Below, piece after piece: positions 33,236 through 43,187 of a stretch of 64,000 nucleotides of DNA; positions within the stretch are counted from its first letter, which is position 1, and each line of letters starts with the position of its first letter. Both the position numbers and the translations under genes were made by a program. The DNA is taken from the NCBI GenBank assembly GCA_918234285.1, contig CAKJXZ020000024.1:20354-84353 (forward strand), written 5' to 3'. The DNA comes from Pseudomonadota bacterium (lineage in GTDB: Bacteria; Pseudomonadota; Alphaproteobacteria; RF32; CAG-239). Under the pieces are notes generated by a model that had not been told where the DNA came from, ran no database searches, and was given only the letters and a program-made list of their open reading frames with translations.

Positions 33236-34186
33236 ATGAGCAAAGGTGCCGAAGTTAACGATAAAGTTTTGGAAAGCTTTAAAAAAGAAAACAAAAAAGC
33301 GGGTATCAGAGTTTTTGTGGCCGGCGGTTCGCGTTCCGGCAACGAAAAACAATATGCGCAAGAGGCGTATATTCTGGGCCGCAAAATTGTCGAAATGGAA
33401 TTTAAGCTCGACTTCGGACTCTCCAACAGAGGTATTATGGGCGCTGTGGCCCGCGGTGTTATCGATGGTTGGAATGATAAACAGGAAGAAAAAGGCGAGT
33501 TTCCGATTCAAGGTATCACCACCAAAAAATATTTTGATTTATATCCGAGCGATGATGAACTTATTCGCAAAATGGATATTGTGGTGGCGCGCACACTTGA
33601 GGAACGTAAGCGTAAATTACTGAAAGCCGATTTTGTGGTGTTTACACCGGGCGGTGTCGGTACTTTGGACGAACTGGCCTACGATTGCGTGGCCATGCAG
33701 GACGAAATGTTGCCGATAAAGCCTTTCATCATTTATAATATTAACGGTTTTTTCCATCATTTGTTGGAGTTTTTGAAACATATTGCGCAGGAGGGATTTG
33801 CCGATCCGGTTCCGTTTATCGTGGTAGATAACCCGGAAGAATTGGAAATAGCCTTTCGTTGGCTGAAGCTGAAAAAAAACGATTACAGCAGCAGCAAAGA
33901 AGTGTTTGTTATGTCACGTAAGCTGATTTATGAGCTACCGTATTACAATAAGCAAAAGGAGAATTATAATATGGATGTCGAAACGTGTGCCGAGCGGATG
34001 GATATTATCAAAGAACACGGCAGCGATTTTGACCGACAGGTTTTGCAAGATGAAATTCGCACCGCCTATTTTGAAAATGAAATCGAAAAAATGTATAATC
34101 GTTTGGCGCAAACCGGTCGCGATACCGGTATGGTCAGCGAAAAATTAGCCGCCCTTAAAAAGCGACGGAAAGAGATGTTGGAATGA
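33236..34186 (+). CDS. LOG-family nucleotide nucleosidase with C-terminal extension
   Basis: GIMGAVARG, EERK, PGGVGTLDEL motif. Confidence 0.8.
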   Translation: MSKGAEVNDKVLESFKKENKKAGIRVFVAGGSRSGNEKQYAQEAYILGRKIVEMEFKLDFGLSNRGIMGAVARGVIDGWNDKQEEKGEFPIQGITTKKYFDLYPSDDELIRKMDIVVARTLEERKRKLLKADFVVFTPGGVGTLDELAYDCVAMQDEMLPIKPFIIYNINGFFHHLLEFLKHIAQEGFADPVPFIVVDNPEELEIAFRWLKLKKNDYSSSKEVFVMSRKLIYELPYYNKQKENYNMDVETCAERMDIIKEHGSDFDRQVLQDEIRTAYFENEIEKMYNRLAQTGRDTGMVSEKLAALKKRRKEMLE

Positions 34187-35919
34187 ACGTATTTGCCTTT
34201 ATTTTAAAGTATTTACGCAAAACAAAATTTATGGCGAGCGTTATCGTGATCGGCATGATTATTCGCAGTGTGGCCGATCGCGGCGAGGTTTATGCTATGT
34301 CGCAAACCATCGGTATTTTGCCGCAATACGCCAGCGACCACAGTGTGTTGAACCGCATTATTTTTTACATCGGGTTATTGGCGTTTTTCCTGGTTATCGA
34401 AGCAATTTCTAACTATATGTGGCGCTACATGGGCGGCAAATTTCAGCCGTATTTCTCCAGCTTGATTTACCGCGATATTTTTGCGGCGGTGCATCACCAA
34501 TCGGTTAGTTTTTTTAATATGGAGATGTCGGGCAAAGTGGCCTCCAAAACCAAAAACATTGTCAGCGGAATTCGTGATATTTATGTAAACTCTTTGTTTG
34601 GATTGTTGCGACCGGTTACCGGTATTGTTGTCAGTTTGTATTTAATTTGTCGTGCCGATTTGCTGATGGGGGCGATAATTACCGTTTTGAACCTGATTTT
34701 TATCGGCATAAACATTATCATCCGCAAAAAAATCGGCTCATTTTCGGAAAAGCGTGCACGTTTCAGTGCGGAAACCGACGGGGTGTTTATCGATACGGTC
34801 ACCAATTCCGATTTGGTAAAGAGTTTTGCCAATTATTTTTATGAAAAAGGGCGATTTTACCATGTTTTGCGCACGGCGGTGCGTTCCGAACAGGAAGAGC
34901 GCACCAAAGACGCATGGTTTGATTTGCTGGGAAAAATAGTGTTTTATTCCGTTTATCTGGCCTCGTGTATTTGCGTGTTTTATTTTTGGTATTTGGGGCG
35001 CTTGGAGTTGGCGGATGTGGTGATGAGCACGTCACTGATGACCGGTTTGATGATGGAAGTCACCAACATCGGCTTTTTTGCCAGTGAATTTTCGCAACTC
35101 TACGGACAAGTTAAAGACGGTTTAAATCTGATTTTTCAGCCGTATCAGGTTAGAGATGCGCCGGATGCCCACAATATTAAAATGCGCGGCAGTGCCATAA
35201 ATTTTGATAAAATTACCTATCATTACGAAGGTAAAGAAAACTTGTTTAATAAGTTTAATCTCAAGATTAAGTCGGGCGAAAAAGTCGGTCTGGTCGGTCA
35301 TTCCGGCAGCGGTAAGTCCACACTGATAAAGCTTTTGGTGCGCTATTATGATGTTGACGGCGGCAAAATTACCGTCGGCGGCGAAAATATTGCCGATGTG
35401 CGGCAAAACAGCTTGCGGGCGCAAATTGCCGTGATTCCGCAAGACACAACCTTATTTAATCGTACCATTATGGAAAATATTCGCTACGGCAACGTTAAAG
35501 CCACCGATGAGGAAGTAATAGCTGCCGCCAAAGCCGCCTATGCCGATGAATTTATCCGCCAGCTTCCGAACGGCTATGAGAGCAAAGTAGGGGAACGCGG
35601 AGTAATGCTCTCCGGCGGCGAACGTCAGCGCATCGCTATTGCCAGAGCTATTTTGAAAGACGCACCGATTCTGATTTTGGACGAGGCAACCTCGGCGCTC
35701 GACAGCGAAAGCGAGCAATATATTCAAAAGTCGCTCAAAAAACTGATGAAAGGCAAAACGGTGATTGCCATTGCCCACCGGCTTTCCACTTTGCGCGAGA
35801 TGGATAGGTTGATAGTTATGGATAACGGTAAAATCGTCGAAGAGGGCAGTCATGACGAATTATTGAAGCGTGCGGGCGCCTATTACGAATTTTATCGCAT
35901 TCAAAGTTTGAACAAATAA
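34183..35919 (+). CDS. ABC exporter, fused permease/ATPase
   Basis: TM domain plus GHSGSGKS, LSGGERQR, LILDEATSALD, IAHRLST. Confidence 0.93.
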   Translation: MNVFAFILKYLRKTKFMASVIVIGMIIRSVADRGEVYAMSQTIGILPQYASDHSVLNRIIFYIGLLAFFLVIEAISNYMWRYMGGKFQPYFSSLIYRDIFAAVHHQSVSFFNMEMSGKVASKTKNIVSGIRDIYVNSLFGLLRPVTGIVVSLYLICRADLLMGAIITVLNLIFIGINIIIRKKIGSFSEKRARFSAETDGVFIDTVTNSDLVKSFANYFYEKGRFYHVLRTAVRSEQEERTKDAWFDLLGKIVFYSVYLASCICVFYFWYLGRLELADVVMSTSLMTGLMMEVTNIGFFASEFSQLYGQVKDGLNLIFQPYQVRDAPDAHNIKMRGSAINFDKITYHYEGKENLFNKFNLKIKSGEKVGLVGHSGSGKSTLIKLLVRYYDVDGGKITVGGENIADVRQNSLRAQIAVIPQDTTLFNRTIMENIRYGNVKATDEEVIAAAKAAYADEFIRQLPNGYESKVGERGVMLSGGERQRIAIARAILKDAPILILDEATSALDSESEQYIQKSLKKLMKGKTVIAIAHRLSTLREMDRLIVMDNGKIVEEGSHDELLKRAGAYYEFYRIQSLNK

Positions 35920-36072
35920 ATAAAAAATACTTGATTTTTGCGGAAAACCTCATATTATACACTCAATATGTTGCGGCTGCGAAGAGATTCTGCAGTCGGC
36001 TTTTTTAACCTTAATGAAGATGCCTATATAGCAAAGATATAGGTGTTTTTTGTTTGATTTTTGGAGGATGAA

Positions 36073-36546
36073 ATGGAAAAGTTTCCGCTGACAAAGACCG
36101 GCTATGCCATGTTGGAGCAGGAATTAAAAAGACGTAAAGGCGAAGATCGCCCGAGCATTATCGAAGAAATTGCCGAAGCACGCGCTAAAGGTGATTTGTC
36201 GGAGAATGCCGAATACTCTGCGGCCAAAGAAAAACAGAGTTTTAACGAAGGACGTATTCAGGAACTGGAGGCGGTTATCAGCCGTGCTCAGGTAATTGAT
36301 CCGACGCAAATGAGCGGCAATATCGTTCGCTTCGGCGCCACGGTTTTGTTGGCCAATATCGATACCGACGAAGAACGCGAATATCAGATTGTCGGCGATT
36401 ATGAGGCTGATATCGAAAAGAACAAAATTTCGCTTTCTTCGCCGCTCGCTAAAGCGCTTATCGGTAAAGAAATCGGCGATATTGCCGAATATCTGGCACC
36501 GTCGGGCAAACGTTCGTACGAAATTTTGCAAGTTAAATGGTTATAA
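36073..36546 (+). CDS. greA: Transcription elongation factor GreA
   Basis: ARAKGDLSENAEYSAAKE, SPLAKALIGK; start after SD GGAGG. Confidence 0.96.
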   Translation: MEKFPLTKTGYAMLEQELKRRKGEDRPSIIEEIAEARAKGDLSENAEYSAAKEKQSFNEGRIQELEAVISRAQVIDPTQMSGNIVRFGATVLLANIDTDEEREYQIVGDYEADIEKNKISLSSPLAKALIGKEIGDIAEYLAPSGKRSYEILQVKWL

Positions 36547-36550
36547 AACA

Positions 36551-36576
36551 AAGGCCCTCATCCAAGGGCTTTTTTT
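36551..36576 (+). terminator. Terminator after greA
   Basis: AAGGCCCT-catcca-AGGGCTTTTTTT. Confidence 0.7.
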
Positions 36577-36683
36577 AACGCTATAGCTCAGGCTGATGTA
36601 CTAAAAAATAAATAATGCTTGCAAAAAAAGTCAAATGGCATATATTCAAGCCAGATGAAATTTAATTTTTATGGGAGATAAAA

Positions 36684-37733
36684 ATGGCTTTAGTTTCTAT
36701 GCGTCAGATTCTTGACGATGCAGCCGAGCACAATTACGGCGTGCCGGCATTTAATATCAACAATATGGAACAGATTATTGCCGTAATGCAGGCAGCGCAA
36801 AAAGTAAACGCTCCGGTGATTATGCAAACTTCGACCGGTGCGCGCAAATATGCCGGCGACCCGATGATTCGTCATATGGTGGCGGCGGCAATCGAAATGT
36901 TTCCGAACATTCCGGTTTGTATTCACCAAGACCACGGCACATCGGTAGATATCTGCCAATCGGCGATTGTTAACGGCTATTCGTCGGTGATGATGGACGG
37001 CTCCCTTGAAACAGACGGCAAAACTCCGGCCTCGTTTGAATATAATGTTCGCGTAACTCAAGAAGTGGTAGCACGTGCTCACGCTGTCGGCGCTTCGGTG
37101 GAAGGCGAGCTCGGTGTTATCGGTTCGCTCGAAACCGGTAAGGCCGACAAAGAAGACGGTATCGGTGCTGAAGGTAAGCTCGACCGCAAGCGTTTGGTAA
37201 CCGATCCGGATGAAGCAGCCGAATTTGTGGCTCTTACTCATCTTGACGCTTTGGCGGTGGCTGTCGGTACTTCGCACGGCGCTTACAAATTCACGCGCAA
37301 GCCGGACGGTGAAATTCTGGCTATTGATGTGATTGAAAAAATTCATGCCAAGTTGCCGAATACCCACCTGGTGATGCACGGTTCTTCATCGGTTCCGCAG
37401 GAATTACAGGATCTGATTAATGCGTATGGCGGCCAAATTCCGCAGACCTACGGTGTGCCGATGGAAGAAATCGTTCGCGGCATTAAATCCGGTGTGCGCA
37501 AAGTCAATGTTGATACCGATTCGCGTATGGCTATTACCGGCGCGATTCGCAAGGTTTACGCCGAGAAACCGTCGGAATTTGACCCGCGTAAATATCTCAA
37601 ACCGGCAATCGAAGAAATGCAAAAGGTTTGCGAAGAACGCTATATTGCCTTCGGCGCGGCCGGCTATGGCGATAAAATTAAGCCGATTAAACTTTCGGAT
37701 ATGGCCAAGCGTTACGCTGCCGGCGAAATTTAA
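36684..37733 (+). CDS. fba: Class II fructose-bisphosphate aldolase
   Basis: [43 protein letters not shown]. Confidence 0.96.
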   Translation: MALVSMRQILDDAAEHNYGVPAFNINNMEQIIAVMQAAQKVNAPVIMQTSTGARKYAGDPMIRHMVAAAIEMFPNIPVCIHQDHGTSVDICQSAIVNGYSSVMMDGSLETDGKTPASFEYNVRVTQEVVARAHAVGASVEGELGVIGSLETGKADKEDGIGAEGKLDRKRLVTDPDEAAEFVALTHLDALAVAVGTSHGAYKFTRKPDGEILAIDVIEKIHAKLPNTHLVMHGSSSVPQELQDLINAYGGQIPQTYGVPMEEIVRGIKSGVRKVNVDTDSRMAITGAIRKVYAEKPSEFDPRKYLKPAIEEMQKVCEERYIAFGAAGYGDKIKPIKLSDMAKRYAAGEI

Positions 37734-37751
37734 TTTTTGCAAAACACAAAT

Positions 37752-37787
37752 AAAAAAGCTGTCGGAATAAAATCCGACAGCTTTTTT
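37752..37787. terminator. Bidirectional terminator
   Basis: AAAAAAGCTGTCGGA-ataaaa-TCCGACAGCTTTTTT. Confidence 0.85.
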
Positions 37788-37789
37788 AT

Positions 37790-39112
37790 TTAACAGATAA
37801 TCTTACCTGCACTATGGTTGGAAGGAGGTAACTTAATCCAACCGGCCGAAATTGCCTTGAGCATAACCTCATTATCAAGAGTGTAGCCTTGGGCAAAATA
37901 CTTACAAATGAGTTCCTCATCATTATCCGGCTCAAGCAGATGCTGATGCAGCTCCTGCGGCAGCGGCCAACGAGTAATATACTCCAACGCCAAATCCCCG
38001 GCAGACGGACAGTCAAACATCTTTTCGATATCAACATAATCCGGCTTAATGCCTTTCTTCATCTGCTTTTTCATCCGCTTGGTGAAATCCTCGATTTCTT
38101 CCTGCAAAATCGGCGGAATGTTCACGAACCTCTTTAAACAGAATTTGATGTTTTCGCTCTGAATAGCGAACTTGGGCTCATAACGGAAAATCAACCGACA
38201 ATAAGTAGGCGTAGTGTTGCAAATCAGATAGGCAATTGCCGCCTTATCCAGCAGATGCCCGGTTTCGTGGAAGATTTTGTACTGCTCATCATCCATCTCC
38301 ATTTGCGCACCAGCATAAATTTTGCTGTTGAGCTTGCAGAACTTCCGCCATTTTGCCGGATTGTTTACATTTTTCCGACAAGCCAAATCGCGCACGATAC
38401 ACTTTTGCAAGTGCGTTTGGTAAGCATCATTGACGCGCTCTTTGAAATCGGGCGTTGCATCGCTGTTGGCAATCTTTTTCAGCAAATCTTTGCTCAGATT
38501 GCAGTGCTCGATGTATTCGCACAAAATCCTCGCCAGACAGCCGTAAGGATATTTGTTGCTTTCCGCAATAGCCTTATCCACCAGAATGCTCGCCTTTTGC
38601 TTGGTCAGCGTGCCGAAGTGCATATACTCCTTCATCAGCGAGCTTTCTTTTTGCTCGGCTACGGTGGAATCCACCAGAGCAGCAAACAAATCGTCGCGCA
38701 AGTCCATTGCGCTGATAACATACGAAAGCCTGCTTACATGGCCGTTTTTCATACACAGAATCCACGCTTCGGGACTCATCGCATTGAACACCTCATTGTC
38801 GTTGCGCACCTCGTTCAGATAAACCAGCTGCTCATCCACCGAATAGTTCTTCAAGTCATCAAGTTCAATCCACCACTTTGCCCACTTAAAAGGCCACTTT
38901 AAGGCCAATCGGGTATAAAAAGCGCGAATACGATCACCGAACAGAACATCCCAACGGACAAGCTTGGCTGCAGTTTGCGGCCGACGCCAGTGGAGTAAAA
39001 ACATTGAGAGAGGATTTCCCGCAAGGAGAAATAGCACAGATGCAATGCCGTAGACACATAAGCTCATCAGCTTGGTCGATACCGGCGACTGAATGAAATT
39101 TTTGAAAATCAT
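37790..39112 (-). CDS. Hypothetical protein (N-terminal TM, helical body)
   Basis: 440-aa ORF with its own promoter and terminator. Confidence 0.7.
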   Translation of the reverse strand: MIFKNFIQSPVSTKLMSLCVYGIASVLFLLAGNPLSMFLLHWRRPQTAAKLVRWDVLFGDRIRAFYTRLALKWPFKWAKWWIELDDLKNYSVDEQLVYLNEVRNDNEVFNAMSPEAWILCMKNGHVSRLSYVISAMDLRDDLFAALVDSTVAEQKESSLMKEYMHFGTLTKQKASILVDKAIAESNKYPYGCLARILCEYIEHCNLSKDLLKKIANSDATPDFKERVNDAYQTHLQKCIVRDLACRKNVNNPAKWRKFCKLNSKIYAGAQMEMDDEQYKIFHETGHLLDKAAIAYLICNTTPTYCRLIFRYEPKFAIQSENIKFCLKRFVNIPPILQEEIEDFTKRMKKQMKKGIKPDYVDIEKMFDCPSAGDLALEYITRWPLPQELHQHLLEPDNDEELICKYFAQGYTLDNEVMLKAISAGWIKLPPSNHSAGKIIC

Positions 39113-39333
39113 AGTCGTAAAATTTTACGATTACTGCTCTGTCCCTCTTGAGCAAATATTTGTGAGACTGTTCGGGGGAACATGAAAACCGCTAGCGCTT
39201 CTCAGACGAACAATCTGCTTACGTGCAATGAACTCCTTGGTTTGACCTATCTTGACATTACCGCTTGATCCACAAACCAGATCGGATAAATAATAAATCA
39301 ATAATAGAATATCATTATACATAAAGCAGTACA

Positions 39334-39361
39334 ATTATAGCAAATACGGAAAATTTGTCAA
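39334..39361 (-). promoter_or_regulatory. Sigma-70 promoter
   Basis: TTGACA-16 nt-TATAAT with extended TG on the minus strand. Confidence 0.7.
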
Positions 39362-39408
39362 GATTGTTTTTTTGTGGTTTGCAGTGATAAAAGCGCAAAG
39401 TTGCTTAC

Positions 39409-39438
39409 AAAAAATCCCGCCGTTAACAGCGGGATTTT
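39409..39438 (-). terminator. Terminator after the atp F0 operon
   Basis: AAAATCCCGC-cgttaaca-GCGGGATTTT. Confidence 0.8.
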
Positions 39439-39456
39439 AATTTCTACTTTTATAAA

Positions 39457-40104
39457 TTAAGAAGCAAATTTGTCCAACTCGGCGATGGCTTCATCAATAA
39501 GCGCACTTTTATCGGTTTTTTGCAAATAACGATTAATGGTTTTTTGCGCCAACTCAACCGAAGCCTTACTGGCCGAAAGATTGATTTCATCCTGCGCCTT
39601 TTGCGTTGAGGCTCTGATACGGCGTTCCGCTTCTTTTTCTTTATCCTTCAAATCGTTTTTCAAGTTACTTAACTCGCGCTTTTTCAGATTTTCCAGAGTG
39701 CTTTTAGCCTTTTGCATAATCTGCGACGCTTCTTTTTGCGCATCAACATATTTACGCTCATAGTCAGCCAACAGAACTTGGGCATCATCCCTCAACTTAG
39801 CGGCATCGTCAATATCTTGTACCACCTTGTCGATTCGCTTATGCAAGCCCGAAAGAATGGCACCGGTCAGCGGTTTAAGCAAAATACAGACGGACAGCAC
39901 GAAAGCCACAGCAATCCAGAATTCTACCTCGGAATAAAACGGCACTTCGTGAATTTCGGTTGCCGCGGTTTTGCCGGCGGCAATCACCTCAGACACGTTT
40001 TCCGCAGCTCCCATAATCATATTCTGCGTTGCATCGATTATCTCCTGACCGGCAGAAGTTGCGGTTGCATCACTTTGCGTTTCCATCAAAAGTTCTTCAT
40101 TCAT
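39457..40104 (-). CDS. atpF: ATP synthase F0 subunit b
   Basis: EFWIAVAF TM followed by coiled coil; position in the F0 operon. Confidence 0.88.
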   Translation of the reverse strand: MNEELLMETQSDATATSAGQEIIDATQNMIMGAAENVSEVIAAGKTAATEIHEVPFYSEVEFWIAVAFVLSVCILLKPLTGAILSGLHKRIDKVVQDIDDAAKLRDDAQVLLADYERKYVDAQKEASQIMQKAKSTLENLKKRELSNLKNDLKDKEKEAERRIRASTQKAQDEINLSASKASVELAQKTINRYLQKTDKSALIDEAIAELDKFAS

Positions 40105-40585
40105 GCGCTTTATCCTTTACGGCCAAGGCTGAAACATCTTTTCTGCTGATTTGCTTAAAGCCGAGTTTTTGCACGATTTCATACGCCAAGTCAACGGCAA
40201 TTGTTTCAATTTGTTGCATGGTGTCTTTCTTTTCTTTTGCCAGCGTAAATTCATTGTCGGCAATTTTTCGATTCAGCTTTTTAGATAAGTCGGCCTCGGT
40301 GTTTTTCAGATATTTTTGCAACTCATCGCGGCCTTTCTGAATTTCGGCCTGAGATGTATGCTCAGCCTCATTCAAAATCGCATGATATTTATCAATCGAT
40401 TCTTTGGCCTGCTGATTGAGTGCGTCGGCTTTTTGGATATACTCATCGATTTTGCGCTTACGTTGCTCCATAACATCGGCAATTTTCGGAATCACAAACG
40501 TCGAAAGCAACGCCCATAAGCAGCAAAAGCAAACGAGCATCCAAAACAGTTGAGAAATGTATGACGACGGGTCTAACTGCGGCAT
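40097..40585 (-). CDS. ATP synthase F0 subunit b'
   Basis: MPQLDPSSYISQLFW motif. Confidence 0.9.
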   Translation of the reverse strand: MPQLDPSSYISQLFWMLVCFCCLWALLSTFVIPKIADVMEQRKRKIDEYIQKADALNQQAKESIDKYHAILNEAEHTSQAEIQKGRDELQKYLKNTEADLSKKLNRKIADNEFTLAKEKKDTMQQIETIAVDLAYEIVQKLGFKQISRKDVSALAVKDKAHE

Positions 40586-40606
40586 AACCTGTTCCTCAAT
40601 TTGTTA

Positions 40607-40843
40607 TTACAGAATCATCAACAATGCGATAACCAGAATATACAAAGCGATGGATTCGATGGTACCCATACCAAGGAAACCGAATACCGTAACATCTTTT
40701 TTAACTTGCGGATTGCGACCGACCGTTTCAATCAAAGAAGTCCACAACTTGGTCAAACCCCAAGCGGCAACGCTCATGCCCAAGGCGCAGATACCGGCAG
40801 CAATAAAAGCTAAAGATTTGTCTTGTAAGATTTCGTTTTCCAT
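40607..40843 (-). CDS. atpE: ATP synthase F0 subunit c
   Basis: Two TM helices, RNP loop, essential Glu in IESIALY. Confidence 0.92.
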   Translation of the reverse strand: MENEILQDKSLAFIAAGICALGMSVAAWGLTKLWTSLIETVGRNPQVKKDVTVFGFLGMGTIESIALYILVIALLMIL

Positions 40844-40875
40844 TTTTTTATCCTTTCTGTAGATTTAAGTTAATT

Positions 40876-41601
40876 TTATTCTTCGTTACTTATCGCCTGA
40901 CTTAGGTATACGCAACTTAAAATCGTATAGATGTAAGCTTGCAATAAAGCGATAAACATTTCAAACATAATGATACACATATCCGCAACTAACGGGATAA
41001 AACCGAAAAATTGCATTGCAATAATAAATGTACCCAAAACTTTCAACATAATGTGTCCCACCGACATGTTGATAGCCAAACGCAAAGTCAGGCTGAACGG
41101 TTTTGCCAGCAAAGACAAGGTTTCCACCGGAATAATCAGCGGTGCCATAAATATCGGCAATCCTTCCGGACAGAAAGTATGAAAATAAGAAAGACCGCGG
41201 TGCTTAATACCCAAAATTATGTTCAATATAAAGCAAAACAGCGAGAGTGTGCCGACGGCGGCAATATGCGATGTAAAGGTAAAGCTGTACGGAAACAGGC
41301 CGAGCAAATTACCGAAAGATACAAACACAAACAGCGTAAACACAAAGGCCACGAACTTGAAACCCTCTTTGCCTAAAGTTTCGCCGATTATGTCCTGCAC
41401 AAATTCATAAATCGATTCCGCAAAAGCCTGCCCCATGGTCGGAATAATGTTGCATTTTCTTAAACTCAAACACAGACCGAGAAAAACTACCACAACCGTG
41501 ATAACCATACATAAGGATGAATTGGTGAAAGATATATCAATCCCGTTAATGTCAAGCGGAAATATCTTTTTAATCTCAAATTGTTCCAAAGGATTTTCCA
41601 T
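40876..41601 (-). CDS. atpB: ATP synthase F0 subunit a
   Basis: NPLEQFEI, FTNSS, NLLGLFPYSFTFTSH, LRLAINMSVGH, LQAYIYTIL. Confidence 0.95.
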   Translation of the reverse strand: MENPLEQFEIKKIFPLDINGIDISFTNSSLCMVITVVVVFLGLCLSLRKCNIIPTMGQAFAESIYEFVQDIIGETLGKEGFKFVAFVFTLFVFVSFGNLLGLFPYSFTFTSHIAAVGTLSLFCFILNIILGIKHRGLSYFHTFCPEGLPIFMAPLIIPVETLSLLAKPFSLTLRLAINMSVGHIMLKVLGTFIIAMQFFGFIPLVADMCIIMFEMFIALLQAYIYTILSCVYLSQAISNEE

Positions 41602-41606
41602 CCCGA

Positions 41607-41912
41607 TTACTCCTTATCCATATCTTTATCAATCTGTTGCGCGGCCCGGTATAAATTCAGTGTCCCGGCGGCAACACCGAAAATTGCCAGAATCAGCATA
41701 ATTATCGGCTTGGTATGCAGCAGCCTGTCCAAAACATAACCGATGCACAATCCGATGATTACCGGTGCGCCAAACTCGGCTGCCATTCGGAAAGCATATT
41801 CCATAAAAATACGCAACCGCGACCGACTTTTATGTTGTGTTGCCATTCTTTTATCCTGCATTTTACGGATTCTCAAATCCATATCGCGAATGTCCGACGG
41901 CAACTTATTCAT
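41607..41912 (-). CDS. atpI: ATP synthase protein I (AtpZ/AtpI)
   Basis: GLCIGYVLDRLLHTKP..FGVAAG..NLYR. Confidence 0.88.
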   Translation of the reverse strand: MNKLPSDIRDMDLRIRKMQDKRMATQHKSRSRLRIFMEYAFRMAAEFGAPVIIGLCIGYVLDRLLHTKPIIMLILAIFGVAAGTLNLYRAAQQIDKDMDKE

Positions 41913-41923
41913 TTCTCCGCCCC

Positions 41924-42652
41924 TTAACGTTGCAACCGTGCCAAACGGCTGTCCAAATATTCTTTGAATGAAGAATATGTTACAACACCGTGAACAATCT
42001 CTTTACCGTCCGGACCGACCACCAAAAAGGCCGGCGTACCTTTGATATCCAGCTGTTTAAACGCTTCGTATCTGGTTGTGGCGATATCCGTTGCTTTTTT
42101 CTTGTCTTTCAGGCAGGCAACCGCTTCATCATAATCCAAACCGAACTCGGTTGCATAGCTGAGAAGACGTTCCGATCTTTTATCCATCCACCATGAACGT
42201 TGGTCATAAAACAGCTTATTGATGAAAGGCGCATAATTTTCATAAGTCATGCATTCCGATAAAAGGGCAGCCTTCATGGCATTTTTATCCAGAGGATAAT
42301 TAACAAAAACCACTCTAAGCAGACCTGTCGCAACATATTCATGTTCAATCAGCGGCATGGTATCAAGATGAAAGTCGGCACAATGCGGACAGGTCAACGA
42401 CGAATATTCAAACAAAGTTAACGGTGCCTTGGCAGAGCCGACGGCATATTTTTGCGAAGCGTTAATTGCTATATCTGCCGGCAAAACGGTAGCAATTCCG
42501 TTATATTCGGCCGCTACTGCCGTTTGTTCGCGCAAATAAATTTTGCCGTCCTCATAAACAAAACCCTTGTAATTAAAATAAATTACGGCCGAAAAACAAA
42601 ACATCACAATCAACGAGAGCGTGTTACTTATTTTCTTTATTATTTCATCCAC
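41924..42652 (-). CDS. DsbA-family thiol:disulfide oxidoreductase
   Basis: EYSSLTCPHCADFH, cis-Pro GTPAF. Confidence 0.9.
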   Translation of the reverse strand: MDEIIKKISNTLSLIVMFCFSAVIYFNYKGFVYEDGKIYLREQTAVAAEYNGIATVLPADIAINASQKYAVGSAKAPLTLFEYSSLTCPHCADFHLDTMPLIEHEYVATGLLRVVFVNYPLDKNAMKAALLSECMTYENYAPFINKLFYDQRSWWMDKRSERLLSYATEFGLDYDEAVACLKDKKKATDIATTRYEAFKQLDIKGTPAFLVVGPDGKEIVHGVVTYSSFKEYLDSRLARLQR

Positions 42653-42657
42653 TGATG

Positions 42658-43185
42658 TTACTCCTGACGGTTATTATCGGTATACACTGCACGCCCCAAT
42701 CTTTCGATTGCGTCTCGAAGATCGTCACGTTCGATATCTTTAACTAACTCCGTAATATATGATTCTTCCTCGGCAGATACAACAGTTTTTTTAACTTTAT
42801 TAATCGGTTTTTTCTTGATTAAAAAGTCTGCGGCGTTACCGTTTTGCAAAATTTTGATTTTAGTCACGGCCGAATAGCCGAAAAAAGTATTGATTTGCGT
42901 TATGATTTTAGCTTCATTTTGCTTGATTTCCATGGCAAAAGCTCCGGTCGGCACCATAATGGTCAGACAGCCGTTGCCGCGCTCGTTTTTCGGGAATATC
43001 AATTTTTGCGGCAGACTGTATTGGGCTAAATTTTTGCCGACAATCGTTTCCCATGACGAAAGTAACTCAATATGCGTAAATCCGTGCTGCCCCAAAAGCT
43101 GCTGCGCCAGGGGCAGGGCGGTCTGGGCAATGCCTGTCAACCCTTTCAACGTGTGTTCTTTGTTGATTTTGATTCCGCGCGTCAT
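42658..43185 (-). CDS. DUF721/DciA family protein
   Basis: WETIVG, IITQINTFFGYSAVTKIKILQ, LRDAIERLG; start set at MTRGIK after SD GAGG. Confidence 0.82.
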   Translation of the reverse strand: MTRGIKINKEHTLKGLTGIAQTALPLAQQLLGQHGFTHIELLSSWETIVGKNLAQYSLPQKLIFPKNERGNGCLTIMVPTGAFAMEIKQNEAKIITQINTFFGYSAVTKIKILQNGNAADFLIKKKPINKVKKTVVSAEEESYITELVKDIERDDLRDAIERLGRAVYTDNNRQE

Positions 43186-43187
43186 CT

